A DNA stretch of 64,000 nucleotides from an uncultured Clostridia bacterium (GTDB lineage: Bacteria; Bacillota; Clostridia; TANB77; CAG-508): positions 38,866 to 102,865 of the forward strand of contig CAKPDY010000001.1 of the NCBI GenBank assembly GCA_934149165.1, read 5' to 3'. The translations under genes and the position numbers were made by a program. Under the pieces are notes generated by a model. That model was given only the letters and a program-made list of their open reading frames with translations. It made no database searches and was not told the origin of the DNA. The stretch's first letter is position 1; each line of letters begins with the position of its first letter. This document shows positions 21,338 to 32,531 of this stretch, one piece after another.

Positions 21338-22744
21338 TTAAACTTCTTCAATTTTCATTAAGTTTGTTAAGTGTTGTCCACATTTTGGGAAACCACCAGT
21401 AATTATTATTTTATCACCAGTTTTTAATCCTAAAGCTTCAACAGCTTTTGCTTTTACAGTTGAAATCATTTCATCTGTATTTGCACAGTTAGGAACTATA
21501 ATTGGATATACACCATAATTTAATGCTAATTTATGTGCAACTTCTTCACTTGGTGTTGCTGCTAAAATTGTACATTCTGGTTTTAAGTTACTTATACGTC
21601 TTGCTGTTTCTCCACATTCAGTTGAAGCAACTATAGCTTTAACATCTAATACTCTTGAAGCACTAAATACACTATTTGCTATTGTTTCTGTAATTGTTGC
21701 TTCTCTTTCAGAATCAAATATGCAATCATAATCATAGTAGCTTTCTGTTTCTTCACATATATTTGCCATATATGTAACAACTTCTACTGGGAATTTACCA
21801 ACTGTTGTTTCTCCAGATAACATAACTGCATCTGTACCATCTAATACAGCATTTGCAACATCTGAAACTTCTGCTCTTGTTGGTCTTGCACTTTTCTTCA
21901 TTGATTCTAACATTTCTGTTGCAACTACAACAAATTTACCTTGTTCTCTACATTTTTGAATCATTAATTTTTGGAATTTTGGTAATTGTTGCATTGGAAC
22001 TTCTACACCTAAATCTCCACGAGCTACCATTATACCATCTGATACTTCTATAATTTCATCTAAGTTTTCAACTCCTCTTTTGCTTTCAATTTTAGAAATT
22101 ATTTTCATATCTTCTCTATTACATTGTTTAAATATTTCTCTTACAGCTAAAACATCTTCTTTACAAGAAACAAATGATGCTGCTAAATAATCACCTTCAT
22201 GTTCACATGCATATATTATATCTTCTCTGTCAACATCACTAATAAAAGGTATATTTAAATTTGCTCCAGGAACATTTAAGCTTTTTTTGTTTCCTAAAAC
22301 TCCACCATTTATAATTTTACATGTTACACCATCTTCTTCAATTGATATTACTTCAATTTTCATTAATCCATTTTCTAATAATACAACTGAACCAACTACT
22401 AAATTGTCTAATGCTTGTGGATAGTTAACTGAAAATCTTTCTTCATTTCCTAAAACATTTTCTTTAACTATTCTTATAGTTTTTCCTTCTACTAAAGTAA
22501 TTTCATTATTTTCTAACATACCATTTCTAAATTCAGGTCCTTTTGTATCAAACAATATAGCAATATTTTTACCTGTCATTTTTCTTACTTCTTTAACAGA
22601 TGCAACAACTGCTACTTTTTCTTCTGGTGTTGCATGTGACATATTAATACGTGCTGTATTCATACCTGCTTCTACCATTTTTGCCATTACGCTAGGCTCT
22701 GTGCTTGATGGTCCTATACTACAAATTATTTTTGTTTTTTTCAT
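21338..22744 (-). CDS. pyk: pyruvate kinase
   Basis: The ORF runs 21338-22756. The start is probably the second ATG (MKKTKIICSIGP) because the AAAGGAG abuts the first ATG. Motifs MVARGDLGVE and the C-terminal regulatory domain are present. Confidence 0.9.
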   Translation of the reverse strand: MKKTKIICSIGPSSTEPSVMAKMVEAGMNTARINMSHATPEEKVAVVASVKEVRKMTGKNIAILFDTKGPEFRNGMLENNEITLVEGKTIRIVKENVLGNEERFSVNYPQALDNLVVGSVVLLENGLMKIEVISIEEDGVTCKIINGGVLGNKKSLNVPGANLNIPFISDVDREDIIYACEHEGDYLAASFVSCKEDVLAVREIFKQCNREDMKIISKIESKRGVENLDEIIEVSDGIMVARGDLGVEVPMQQLPKFQKLMIQKCREQGKFVVVATEMLESMKKSARPTRAEVSDVANAVLDGTDAVMLSGETTVGKFPVEVVTYMANICEETESYYDYDCIFDSEREATITETIANSVFSASRVLDVKAIVASTECGETARRISNLKPECTILAATPSEEVAHKLALNYGVYPIIVPNCANTDEMISTVKAKAVEALGLKTGDKIIITGGFPKCGQHLTNLMKIEEV

Positions 22745-22903
22745 TTTAATATACATCTCCTTTTTTATTTTTGCTTAAATATTTTATATTTTTACAAATT
22801 AATATTAAATTTTTTAAGCATTCAACATAATTCTTATTATACAAAATTATTGGAACAAAATCAACTATTTTTTATTATTTTTTACAATAATTGGTTTTAA
22901 AAA

Positions 22904-24052
22904 TTATCCAAATATTCCTCTCTTCTTAATAGGAGGTTGTTCATTCATAGTTTTTGCAAGTTGTACTAATAAATCTCTTTGCTCTCTGCTTAATCTTTTA
23001 GGAACTTGAACATTAACTGTAAATACAAAATCACCGTTATTTAAAGTATTAATATTTTTAAAACCTCTTCCTTTAATATTAAAAGATGTACCAGTTTGAG
23101 TTCCTTCTGGAATTCTAAATTTTTCTTTTTTTCCATCAACCATAGGAATTTCAAGTTCTGCTCCTAAAGTTGCCTGTGTAAATGTAATTGGAACATTACA
23201 ATATACTGTAGTGCCTTTTCTAGTAAAAATACTATGTTTTCTAATTCTAACAACTATGTATAAATCTCCTCTTGCTCCACCACGAACTCCATGTTCACCT
23301 TCTCCACGTAAAACAATAGATTGATCATTATCAATACCTGCTGGAATTTTAACTTTTATTTTAGCCTGTTTTCTAACTGTACCTTTACCTTTACAATTTT
23401 CACATACCTCTTTTATTACTTTACCTGTTCCATGGCAATTACTACAAGTTTTTGTTGTTTGTATTTGACCTAAAATTGTATTTTGTACTTGTCTTACTTG
23501 ACCGCTACCACCACAAACCTTACAAGTTTCTACTGAAGTACCTGGTTTTGAACCACTTCCAGAACATGTTGAACACTGTTCTTCTCTAGTAATAGTAATT
23601 TCTCTTTCAATACCAGTAAAAGCCTCTTCAAAACTAATTTCCATATTATATCTTAAATCTGCACCTTTAATTGGTCCATTATTATTTCTTCTTGATCCAG
23701 TTCTTGCCCCTCCACCAAAAATTGATGAAAAAATATCACCTAAATCAAAATCTTCAAACCCACTAAAACCTGATGTAGAATAAGAATAATATCCACCTCC
23801 TGGATTACCTCCACCAAAACCTGCAGGTCCATCATGACCAAATTGATCATACATACGTCTTTTTTGGCTATCTGAAAGCACTTCATAAGCCTCATTTACT
23901 TCTTTAAAATTTCTTTCAGCCTCTTCTTTATTATCAAGATTAGCATCAGGATGATATTTTTTTGCAAGTCTTCTGTATGCTTTTTTTAATTCTTCATCTG
24001 TTGCATTTTTTCCTACTCCTAAAACTTCATAATAATCTCTTTTTTGTGCCAT
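22904..24052 (-). CDS. dnaJ: molecular chaperone DnaJ
   Basis: J-domain YYEVLGV...HPD, G/F-rich linker and four CxxCxGxG zinc-finger repeats. The ATG at 24052 follows GAGGAGG; the upstream in-frame GTG is unlikely to be used. Confidence 0.95.
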   Translation of the reverse strand: MAQKRDYYEVLGVGKNATDEELKKAYRRLAKKYHPDANLDNKEEAERNFKEVNEAYEVLSDSQKRRMYDQFGHDGPAGFGGGNPGGGYYSYSTSGFSGFEDFDLGDIFSSIFGGGARTGSRRNNNGPIKGADLRYNMEISFEEAFTGIEREITITREEQCSTCSGSGSKPGTSVETCKVCGGSGQVRQVQNTILGQIQTTKTCSNCHGTGKVIKEVCENCKGKGTVRKQAKIKVKIPAGIDNDQSIVLRGEGEHGVRGGARGDLYIVVRIRKHSIFTRKGTTVYCNVPITFTQATLGAELEIPMVDGKKEKFRIPEGTQTGTSFNIKGRGFKNINTLNNGDFVFTVNVQVPKRLSREQRDLLVQLAKTMNEQPPIKKRGIFG

Positions 24053-24070
24053 TTTTTCCTCCTCAAACAC

Positions 24071-24098
24071 GTAGGCGGCCTCTAAAAAAGCCGCCTAC
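24071..24098 (-). promoter_or_regulatory. GC-rich intercistronic stem-loop between dnaK and dnaJ
   Basis: gtaggcggc / gccgcctac form a 9-bp GC-rich stem with a 10-nt loop. There is no T-run on the coding strand. Confidence 0.5.
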
Positions 24099-24104
24099 AA
24101 AATT

Positions 24105-25979
<1,875 letters not shown>

Positions 25980-26038
25980 TCACTTTTTATAAAATTTACT
26001 CTTTAGTTTAACTTTTATATAATTTAGTTGTTTTTACA

Positions 26039-26554
26039 TTAATTTGCAACCACAACTAAAGAATGTCTAATAACTTTATTTCCAATCATATACCCTTTTC
26101 TGTATTCTTCTTTTATTTCTTGAACTCCTAAATTAGGATCTTCCACAGAGCTTACAGCTTCATGTAATTGTGGATCAAAAGTTTTTCCAACCGCTTCTAT
26201 AGCTTTTATACCATTTGATGATAGTACTTCATTAAATTGCTTAAAAACAAGTTCTACACCAACTTTATAATTATTATCTTCTGTTTTCACACTTACTGCT
26301 TTTTCTAAATTATCAATAACTGGTAAAAAAGATATTGCAATATCTGCCATAATAGAATTATATAAGCCTTCTCTTTCCTTTGCACTTCTTTTTTTGTAGT
26401 TATCAAACTCTGCCATCATTCTTTTTAATCTGTTGTCTTTTTCTTCAATTTCAGTAGTTTGAGCTTCTAATTTTTCTTTTAAACTATTTAGAAGTTCTAC
26501 ACTAACTTCCTCATTTGATTGGTTTTGGTCTTTTTCTTCATTATTTTCTGACAT
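26039..26554 (-). CDS. grpE: nucleotide exchange factor GrpE
   Basis: 171-aa ORF in dnaK operon position with a GrpE C-terminal fold sequence. Its ATG overlaps the hrcA stop (TAATG). Confidence 0.9.
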   Translation of the reverse strand: MSENNEEKDQNQSNEEVSVELLNSLKEKLEAQTTEIEEKDNRLKRMMAEFDNYKKRSAKEREGLYNSIMADIAISFLPVIDNLEKAVSVKTEDNNYKVGVELVFKQFNEVLSSNGIKAIEAVGKTFDPQLHEAVSSVEDPNLGVQEIKEEYRKGYMIGNKVIRHSLVVVAN

Positions 26555-27579
26555 TATTTGTTTCCTCCATTTCCCATTAAACCTTTTATATATTTCATAA
26601 CAGAAATAACTTTTGAATAATCCATTCTTTTTGGTCCTATTATTCCTATAGTTCCCATTTCTTTGTCATTTATTTTCTGTTTAAATGTAATTACACTAAA
26701 ATCTTTTAATTCATCATTTGCATTGTCATCACCTATATATATGTTAATATCATCTGTAAATTCTGAATTAAGCAAATCTATTACTAAATCTTTTTTATCT
26801 AATATGTTTATGAAATTTTTAGCTGTTTGTACATTCTGAAATTCAGGCTGTTCAAACACTTGATTAGCACCTTTTAAATAAATTTTTTCATCATCTTCTA
26901 TTACTTTATTTATTTGTTCTATTATAGTTTTTATAATATCTATACTATAATTCAATTCTGAAAAAATATATTTTTCCAATGGTTTATCTATTTTTTCAAG
27001 TGGTTTTCCTTTTAATTTAGAATTAAATATATAATTTAAATTACTAACTTGTTCTTCTTTTATATCTTCATCAAATTTAATTATTGCTTCTTTAACTAAT
27101 CCACCATCTGTTACAATTACTGCCATAAGCATTCTGTTTCCTAATAATACAAATTTAATTTCTTCAATTATTTGGTTAACATTTTTAGGTCCTATTGCAA
27201 CTGTTGTATAATGTGTAATTTCTGAAATAGTATTAGTTGTTATTTGTGTTAATTCTTCTATTTCATTAACTTTTATTTCAAGTTTAGATTTTATATACTT
27301 AATTTCTTCTAAGCTTAAATTTTGTTCTTTTAATAATTCATTTACATATAATCTATACCCTTTTGCTGATGGTATTCTTCCACTTGATGTATGAACTTTA
27401 TCTAAGTATCCTTCTTTTTCAAGTTCAGACATTTCGTTTCTTATTGTTGCACTGCTATAGTCTATTCCATATTTTTCCCCAATACTTCCCGAGCTTACTG
27501 GCTCTGCGGTATCAACATATTCATCAACTATTGCTTGCAATATTTTCTTTTTTCTATCATTTAACAAATTTGCTTTCAC
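26554..27579 (-). CDS. hrcA: heat-inducible transcription repressor HrcA
   Basis: 341-aa ORF with a GTG start. N-terminal winged helix (PVSSGSI...SSATIRNEM). CIRCE lies upstream. Confidence 0.9.
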   Translation of the reverse strand: MKANLLNDRKKKILQAIVDEYVDTAEPVSSGSIGEKYGIDYSSATIRNEMSELEKEGYLDKVHTSSGRIPSAKGYRLYVNELLKEQNLSLEEIKYIKSKLEIKVNEIEELTQITTNTISEITHYTTVAIGPKNVNQIIEEIKFVLLGNRMLMAVIVTDGGLVKEAIIKFDEDIKEEQVSNLNYIFNSKLKGKPLEKIDKPLEKYIFSELNYSIDIIKTIIEQINKVIEDDEKIYLKGANQVFEQPEFQNVQTAKNFINILDKKDLVIDLLNSEFTDDINIYIGDDNANDELKDFSVITFKQKINDKEMGTIGIIGPKRMDYSKVISVMKYIKGLMGNGGNK

Positions 27580-27609
27580 CTCTTTTTAGTGAACTTTATA
27601 ATTCTAATA

Positions 27610-27636
27610 TTAGCACTCTTATTTAAAGACTGCTAA
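27610..27636. promoter_or_regulatory. CIRCE operator (HrcA binding site)
   Basis: TTAGCACTC-N9-GACTGCTAA, one mismatch to the consensus TTAGCACTC-N9-GAGTGCTAA. It lies immediately downstream of the -10 box. Confidence 0.8.
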
Positions 27637-27637
27637 T

Positions 27638-27666
27638 ATTTTATATCTATTTTTAGCAAATGTCAA
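27638..27666 (-). promoter_or_regulatory. sigma-A type promoter of the hrcA-grpE-dnaK-dnaJ operon
   Basis: On the minus strand, TTGACA (27661-27666), a 17-nt spacer, then TAAAAT (27638-27643). Confidence 0.6.
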
Positions 27667-27679
27667 TAGAGTTTGCTAA
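27653..27679. promoter_or_regulatory. second, degenerate CIRCE-like inverted repeat overlapping the -35 box
   Basis: TTAGCAAA-N11-TTTGCTAA, with the same outer half-sites as CIRCE. Confidence 0.4.
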
Positions 27680-27712
27680 TTTTATTTGTGAATTTTTTGT
27701 GTCCTTCTAAAA

Positions 27713-28880
27713 TTATACAAATTCCATCCATACCTGATTTGCTAAATCTAATCCTTTTTTAGTTAATACTATATTATCACCCTGAATTTCTATTAATCCT
27801 TCTGTAACAAGTTTGTTTAACTTATCTTTAAAAACATATATTGGATTTTTTATAAACTTTTTCTTAAAATTAGTAATACTAATCCCTTCTATTTTTCTTA
27901 AACCGTAATAACATATACTCATTCATTTTGCTTTCAGTATCTTGTTTTTCATAAACAATTACATTTTTTTCCTGTTCATAATTTTTTAAATTTTCAATAT
28001 ATTTTTCTAAATTATATATATTTGAATATCTAACATTATTAAAATATGAATGTGCTGAAACACCAAATCCTATATATTCACATTGATTCCAACAATTTGT
28101 ATTATGCTTAGATTCATATCCCTTTTTCGCAAAATTTGATATTTCATAATGATTATACCCATTTTTTTCTAAAATATGTTTTACTTTCCAATACATTTCT
28201 CTTTCTAAATTTTCATTTGGTAGTTTTAATTCTCCTTTTTCAACTAAATTGAACATTTGTGTATTTTCTTCCACTATTAAAGAATATACAGAAATATGTT
28301 CTGGATTTTTACTTATAATTTCATCCAATGATTTTTCTAGAACACTTATACTTTGACTTGGTAATCCAAGCATTAAATCCACATTAATATTTTTAAATCC
28401 TACTTCTCTTGCTAACTTATAAATTTCTTCAAAATCTTTATATTTATGTACTCTTCCTAATAATTTCAATAACTCATCATCTGTAGATTGAAGTCCTAAA
28501 CTAATCCTATTTATTCCTATCTCCAAGTATTTCTGCAATTTTTGTTTATTTACAGTTCCAGGATTTATTTCAATTGTTATTTCTGCATTTTTCATTATAT
28601 TAAAATTATCTTTTATTTCATTTATTATTTTTTCTATATATTTTTCTGAAATAATAGAAGGAGTACCACCACCTATATATATAGTATTTATTTTTACTAA
28701 ATCATCAACTCCATTTATATAATTCAACTCAACTTTTTCACTAAAGCTTTTTAACTCTTTTAATATACATTCTATATAATCATTAATATATATTTCTTTA
28801 TCAGAAAAAGAAACAAAATCACAATATTTACATTTTTGTTTGCAAAATGGAATATGTATATAAATTCCAATTTCCTTCAT
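27713..28880 (-). CDS. hemW: radical-SAM heme chaperone HemW (HemN-like), interrupted by a +1 frame change at CGG 27903-27905
   Basis: The 333-aa ORF (CKQKCKYCDF radical-SAM motif) ends in MLLRFKKNRRD*. Skipping the C gives MLLGLRKIEGISITNFKKKF..., which is the 69-aa ORF 27713-27922 and the conserved HemW C-terminal domain. Confidence 0.85.
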
Positions 28881-28945
28881 TTAAACTTCCCCTTTCCTAA
28901 ATCATTATGCAATATAAAACTTGGCTTAAAATTAGCCAAGTTTTA

Positions 28946-29839
28946 TTATTTATTAACCTTACTTTTTCTTAAATCATTTGCAAATTCAGAAATATTTTTT
29001 AATCTATAATTTACACCAGATTTTCCTATAGGATTTTTCAACATTTTACCCAACTCTATTAATGAAACATCTGGATTTTCTAATCTTATATTTGCCATTT
29101 CCTGTAATCCATCAGAAAGTTCTGTAAATTTATTCATTTTTTTTATAAATTTTATATCTTCTATTTGTTTTAATGCAGTATTAATAGTTTTATTTAAATT
29201 TGCAGTTTCACAATTTACTATTCTATTAACATTGTTTCTCATATCTCGTATTACTCTTATTTCCTCAAATTTTAATACTGAAGAATTTGCACCTATAAAA
29301 GCTAAAAATTTAGAAATTTCTTCACCATCTTTTAAATATAGTGAATTATTTAATTTTTTTATTTGTATATTATATCTTTCCAAAATATGTTTAATACACA
29401 TTAAATTTTCTTCATAACTATATGTAATCTCCAAATGATATTTTTTTTCTGGATTATTTAATGAACCACTTCCCAAAAAACTTCCTCTTACTAGTGATTT
29501 ATCTAATACTTCTGTATTGCAAATTTGATAAATTTTATCATTTAATTTTAATTCTGATTTTTCAAACATGTTTTCCATAAAATTCAATTTTTCTTTAATT
29601 GTTATATAATATACTTTTCCTTGTATATTAATATTATACTTTTTTATGTTAATATTATTTAACAATTTTGCAAAACGATTTATATTATATTCACTTTGTG
29701 TTGAATATTTTATTTCATTATTTTTTTTAGTAACATTACTTGTTATTAAATAACCTATTAATTCTAATTTAACAGCTTCTTTATTAGATAAATTTGTTAT
29801 TTTACTTAATTCTTCTTTCACACTTTTTGAAAAAGACAT
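28946..29839 (-). CDS. whiA: DNA-binding protein WhiA
   Basis: 297-aa ORF. Degenerate LAGLIDADG-like domains, NRIVNCETANLNKT, and a C-terminal HTH. Confidence 0.9.
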   Translation of the reverse strand: MSFSKSVKEELSKITNLSNKEAVKLELIGYLITSNVTKKNNEIKYSTQSEYNINRFAKLLNNINIKKYNINIQGKVYYITIKEKLNFMENMFEKSELKLNDKIYQICNTEVLDKSLVRGSFLGSGSLNNPEKKYHLEITYSYEENLMCIKHILERYNIQIKKLNNSLYLKDGEEISKFLAFIGANSSVLKFEEIRVIRDMRNNVNRIVNCETANLNKTINTALKQIEDIKFIKKMNKFTELSDGLQEMANIRLENPDVSLIELGKMLKNPIGKSGVNYRLKNISEFANDLRKSKVNK

Positions 29840-29919
29840 TTTTGTTCCTCCATATAATTCCTAAAAAGATAGAATAATATTTATTACTAAATATTATTCT
29901 ATCTTTTTATAAAAGTCAA

Positions 29920-31251
29920 CTATAATTCTTTATATTCAAATTTATTATATCTTTTTGAATCTCCCTCTTGTATTGTTTCACTTTTTAAATAATGTTTTGT
30001 TTTATTTAAGTCAGGTTTTATTCCTAAAATTTCATTTCCTAATAATTGATTATAATAATATAACATAAAACCTTCTTTTGTACTTAATTTATAAATTTCA
30101 GGTTCACCTACTGGAACTCCTTTATTAAATTTTGTATGTCTATACATTCTATATACAGGCACATTTTTCTTAACATATTCTCTAAATTGTTTTTTTTCTT
30201 TTTCAGTATTAATATTCATAATATCTGGTAAATCCTTATTTTTTGAATTCTTTTGCGATTCTGTTTCTGGTTTTATATGATACTGAGCAGCAATTCCCCT
30301 ATCTGCTATATAAAATGCATCTAAAGATTTTCCCTGTACTTCACACATAAATCTAAAGTCTATCTGTTTACCATTTTCATCTTGTTCTTTTTTTACCATT
30401 TCAAAACTATTATGAAGTGCCCTATATCCATTATATTTTTCTTTTGATTTTAATCTATTTGGAATATCTTTCATATCTAATGCTTTTATATTTTCAAATG
30501 TTGACATTTTCTCTACAATAAAATTTGCTACAATACGGTTGCATTCATCTTCTTGTTTTGATAATATATTTTCATTATTATTATTTATACAGTTTAATTC
30601 ATGTATTTCACTCTTAATTTTTGTAATATCTTTTTGTAATTCATCAATATCATGTTTATATCCAAAACTAATTTTCTTTAAATACTCTTTTAGTTCTGAA
30701 CTTGCTTTTTCAATAATATCATCATTAATATTTTTTTGTTCTATTTTACTTGTTTTATTTTTCTCTTTTTTTGTAATTTCTTCATTTTTTTCTTTTATTA
30801 AATTATCACACTTTTCCATACTAATTTTAGTTGCATTTCTTGCATCTATTAAATCAGAAATTTTTTTATCAAAATTTTCATCATAACTTGCATCATTTTT
30901 AGTATATGCAGATTTAACAATATTTGGTACTTTCTCTACAATTACACTTAATGCCATTATGTCATATATACATAAATTTTCTATATCTGTTATTTCAGAT
31001 AAATTTGATAAATCATTTTCTAATTTATTATAAAAACTTTTTTCAGTTTTTATTCTAGAAATTAGCCTAAATTCTAAACCAGGAAATTTTTTCTCAATAT
31101 TCTTTCCTAATTGTAACATTAGTATATCTAACATCTCTTGGTTATTTACTAATGAATTGTACATTTTTTTCATTTCATTTCTTTTTTTATTTTTTGCCTT
31201 TTCAATATTTGTAATTTTTCCTATAGTTGAACTAAAATCAACTTTCATCAA
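29920..31251 (-). CDS. divergent RelA/SpoT-domain (small alarmone synthetase-like) nucleotidyltransferase with a large coiled-coil insertion
   Basis: 443-aa ORF. SRIKTEKSFYNKL...IYDIMALSVIV resembles the N-half of the synthetase fold. NGYRALHNSF...CEVQGKSLDAFYIADRGIAAQYH resembles GYRSLH...EIQIRT...H..YK. About 140 K/E/N-rich residues lie between them. Confidence 0.55.
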   Translation of the reverse strand: MMKVDFSSTIGKITNIEKAKNKKRNEMKKMYNSLVNNQEMLDILMLQLGKNIEKKFPGLEFRLISRIKTEKSFYNKLENDLSNLSEITDIENLCIYDIMALSVIVEKVPNIVKSAYTKNDASYDENFDKKISDLIDARNATKISMEKCDNLIKEKNEEITKKEKNKTSKIEQKNINDDIIEKASSELKEYLKKISFGYKHDIDELQKDITKIKSEIHELNCINNNNENILSKQEDECNRIVANFIVEKMSTFENIKALDMKDIPNRLKSKEKYNGYRALHNSFEMVKKEQDENGKQIDFRFMCEVQGKSLDAFYIADRGIAAQYHIKPETESQKNSKNKDLPDIMNINTEKEKKQFREYVKKNVPVYRMYRHTKFNKGVPVGEPEIYKLSTKEGFMLYYYNQLLGNEILGIKPDLNKTKHYLKSETIQEGDSKRYNKFEYKEL

Positions 31252-31407
31252 TTACATCAACTCCTTTTACAATATTTTTATTTTAACATATTTTTCTGTT
31301 TTTGTCAATATTATGTATACTTGTTTAGAAATTTTCCAAAATTTTCTATTGCTTTTTTAAAAACAATGTGATAATATATATTTACAATAATAAATATAAA
31401 ATATTTT

Positions 31408-31591
31408 CCCTACGTAGTGCGTGTAGCTTGGAATTTTAGAACCAACAAACAATAAACGGGAGTCCGCCTTTGAATGTGGCGTGTATGCTTGCATTTATGT
31501 AAGAAACCCAGAAGCATTCAACAAGACACCCACCTGTGAAAGCAGGTCCTTAAAATTTCACTGTAACTTACGGCTAATGTGGGGTTTTTTT
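31408..31591 (+). ncRNA. ssrS: candidate 6S RNA (ssrS-like)
   Basis: About 180 nt, GC-enriched and non-coding. The ends pair (CCCTACGT... with ...ATGTGGGG). An internal TGAATG...CATTCA stem encloses a GAATGTGGCG segment like E. coli 6S. A small hairpin ACCTG-TGAAAG-CAGGT sits in the 3' bubble strand, and a T-run ends the element. An extended -10 promoter (TGTGATAAT) is at about 31366. Confidence 0.45.
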
Positions 31592-31633
31592 ATTTTTATA
31601 TAATTTTTTTGTAAACATAAGGAGAGAATTAAA

Positions 31634-32500
31634 TTGAATATAAATGATTTACTAATTTATGGAAGAAAATACTTATTAGAAACAAATATAGAAAATAAGC
31701 CATTAAAAATTAGACTATTATTAGAACATATTTTACAAATGAATAAATATGAACTTGTTATAAATCACACAAAAGAAATAGACGAATATAAAATAAGAAA
31801 TTTTGAAATTGGCTTAGAAAAAATTAAAAACAATATTCCTATTCAATACATAATAAATAATCAAGAATTTATGAAAATGAATTTCTATGTTGACGAAAAT
31901 GTCTTAATCCCACAACCTGATACAGAAATTTTAGTAGAAGCAGTTATTAATTACTGTAAAAATATTACTAATACTATACCAAATAAAAACATTAAAATTT
32001 TGGATTTATGTACTGGTAGTGGTGCAATTGCTATATCTATAGCAAAATATGTTGAAAATACTGAAATTATAGCAACAGATGTTAGTACAAAAGCCATTCA
32101 AATTGCAAAATTAAATGCAGAAAAAAATTTAGTACACACAAAAATAAAATTTATAGAATCAGATATGTTTTCTAATATTAATGATGAAAATTTTGATATT
32201 ATAGTTTCAAATCCGCCATATATAGAAACAGATATTATCTCTACATTAAATGCGGAAGTTCAAAAAGAACCACTTTTAGCATTAAATGGTGGACCAGATG
32301 GTTTGAATTTTTATAGATTAATTATTAATAATGGTGGAAAATATTTGAAAAATAATGGAAAATTATTTTTGGAAATTGGTTATAATCAAAAAAATAGTTT
32401 ATTTAATCTTATAAATAATTCTGCTATGTTTTCAAATCCTTCTTGTATTAAGGATTTTGGTAATAATGATAGGGTAATTATATGTGAAAGAAAACACTAA
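31634..32500 (+). CDS. prmC: peptide chain release factor N5-glutamine methyltransferase PrmC
   Basis: 288-aa ORF with a TTG start after AAGGAGAG. SAM motif LDLCTGSGAI and catalytic NPPY. Confidence 0.9.
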   Translation: MNINDLLIYGRKYLLETNIENKPLKIRLLLEHILQMNKYELVINHTKEIDEYKIRNFEIGLEKIKNNIPIQYIINNQEFMKMNFYVDENVLIPQPDTEILVEAVINYCKNITNTIPNKNIKILDLCTGSGAIAISIAKYVENTEIIATDVSTKAIQIAKLNAEKNLVHTKIKFIESDMFSNINDENFDIIVSNPPYIETDIISTLNAEVQKEPLLALNGGPDGLNFYRLIINNGGKYLKNNGKLFLEIGYNQKNSLFNLINNSAMFSNPSCIKDFGNNDRVIICERKH

Positions 32501-32531
32501 TCAATTAATTAGTGTTTTCTTTCACATATAA

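Noticed and set aside
27713-28880. Treating the ORF pairs 27713-27922 / 27879-28880, 34981-35409 / 35381-36163 and 51857-52924 / 52842-53585 as independent overlapping genes
   Set aside because: Each pair corresponds to consecutive parts of one protein family (HemW, NifS, one regulator). In each pair the junction is a single-nucleotide frame change.
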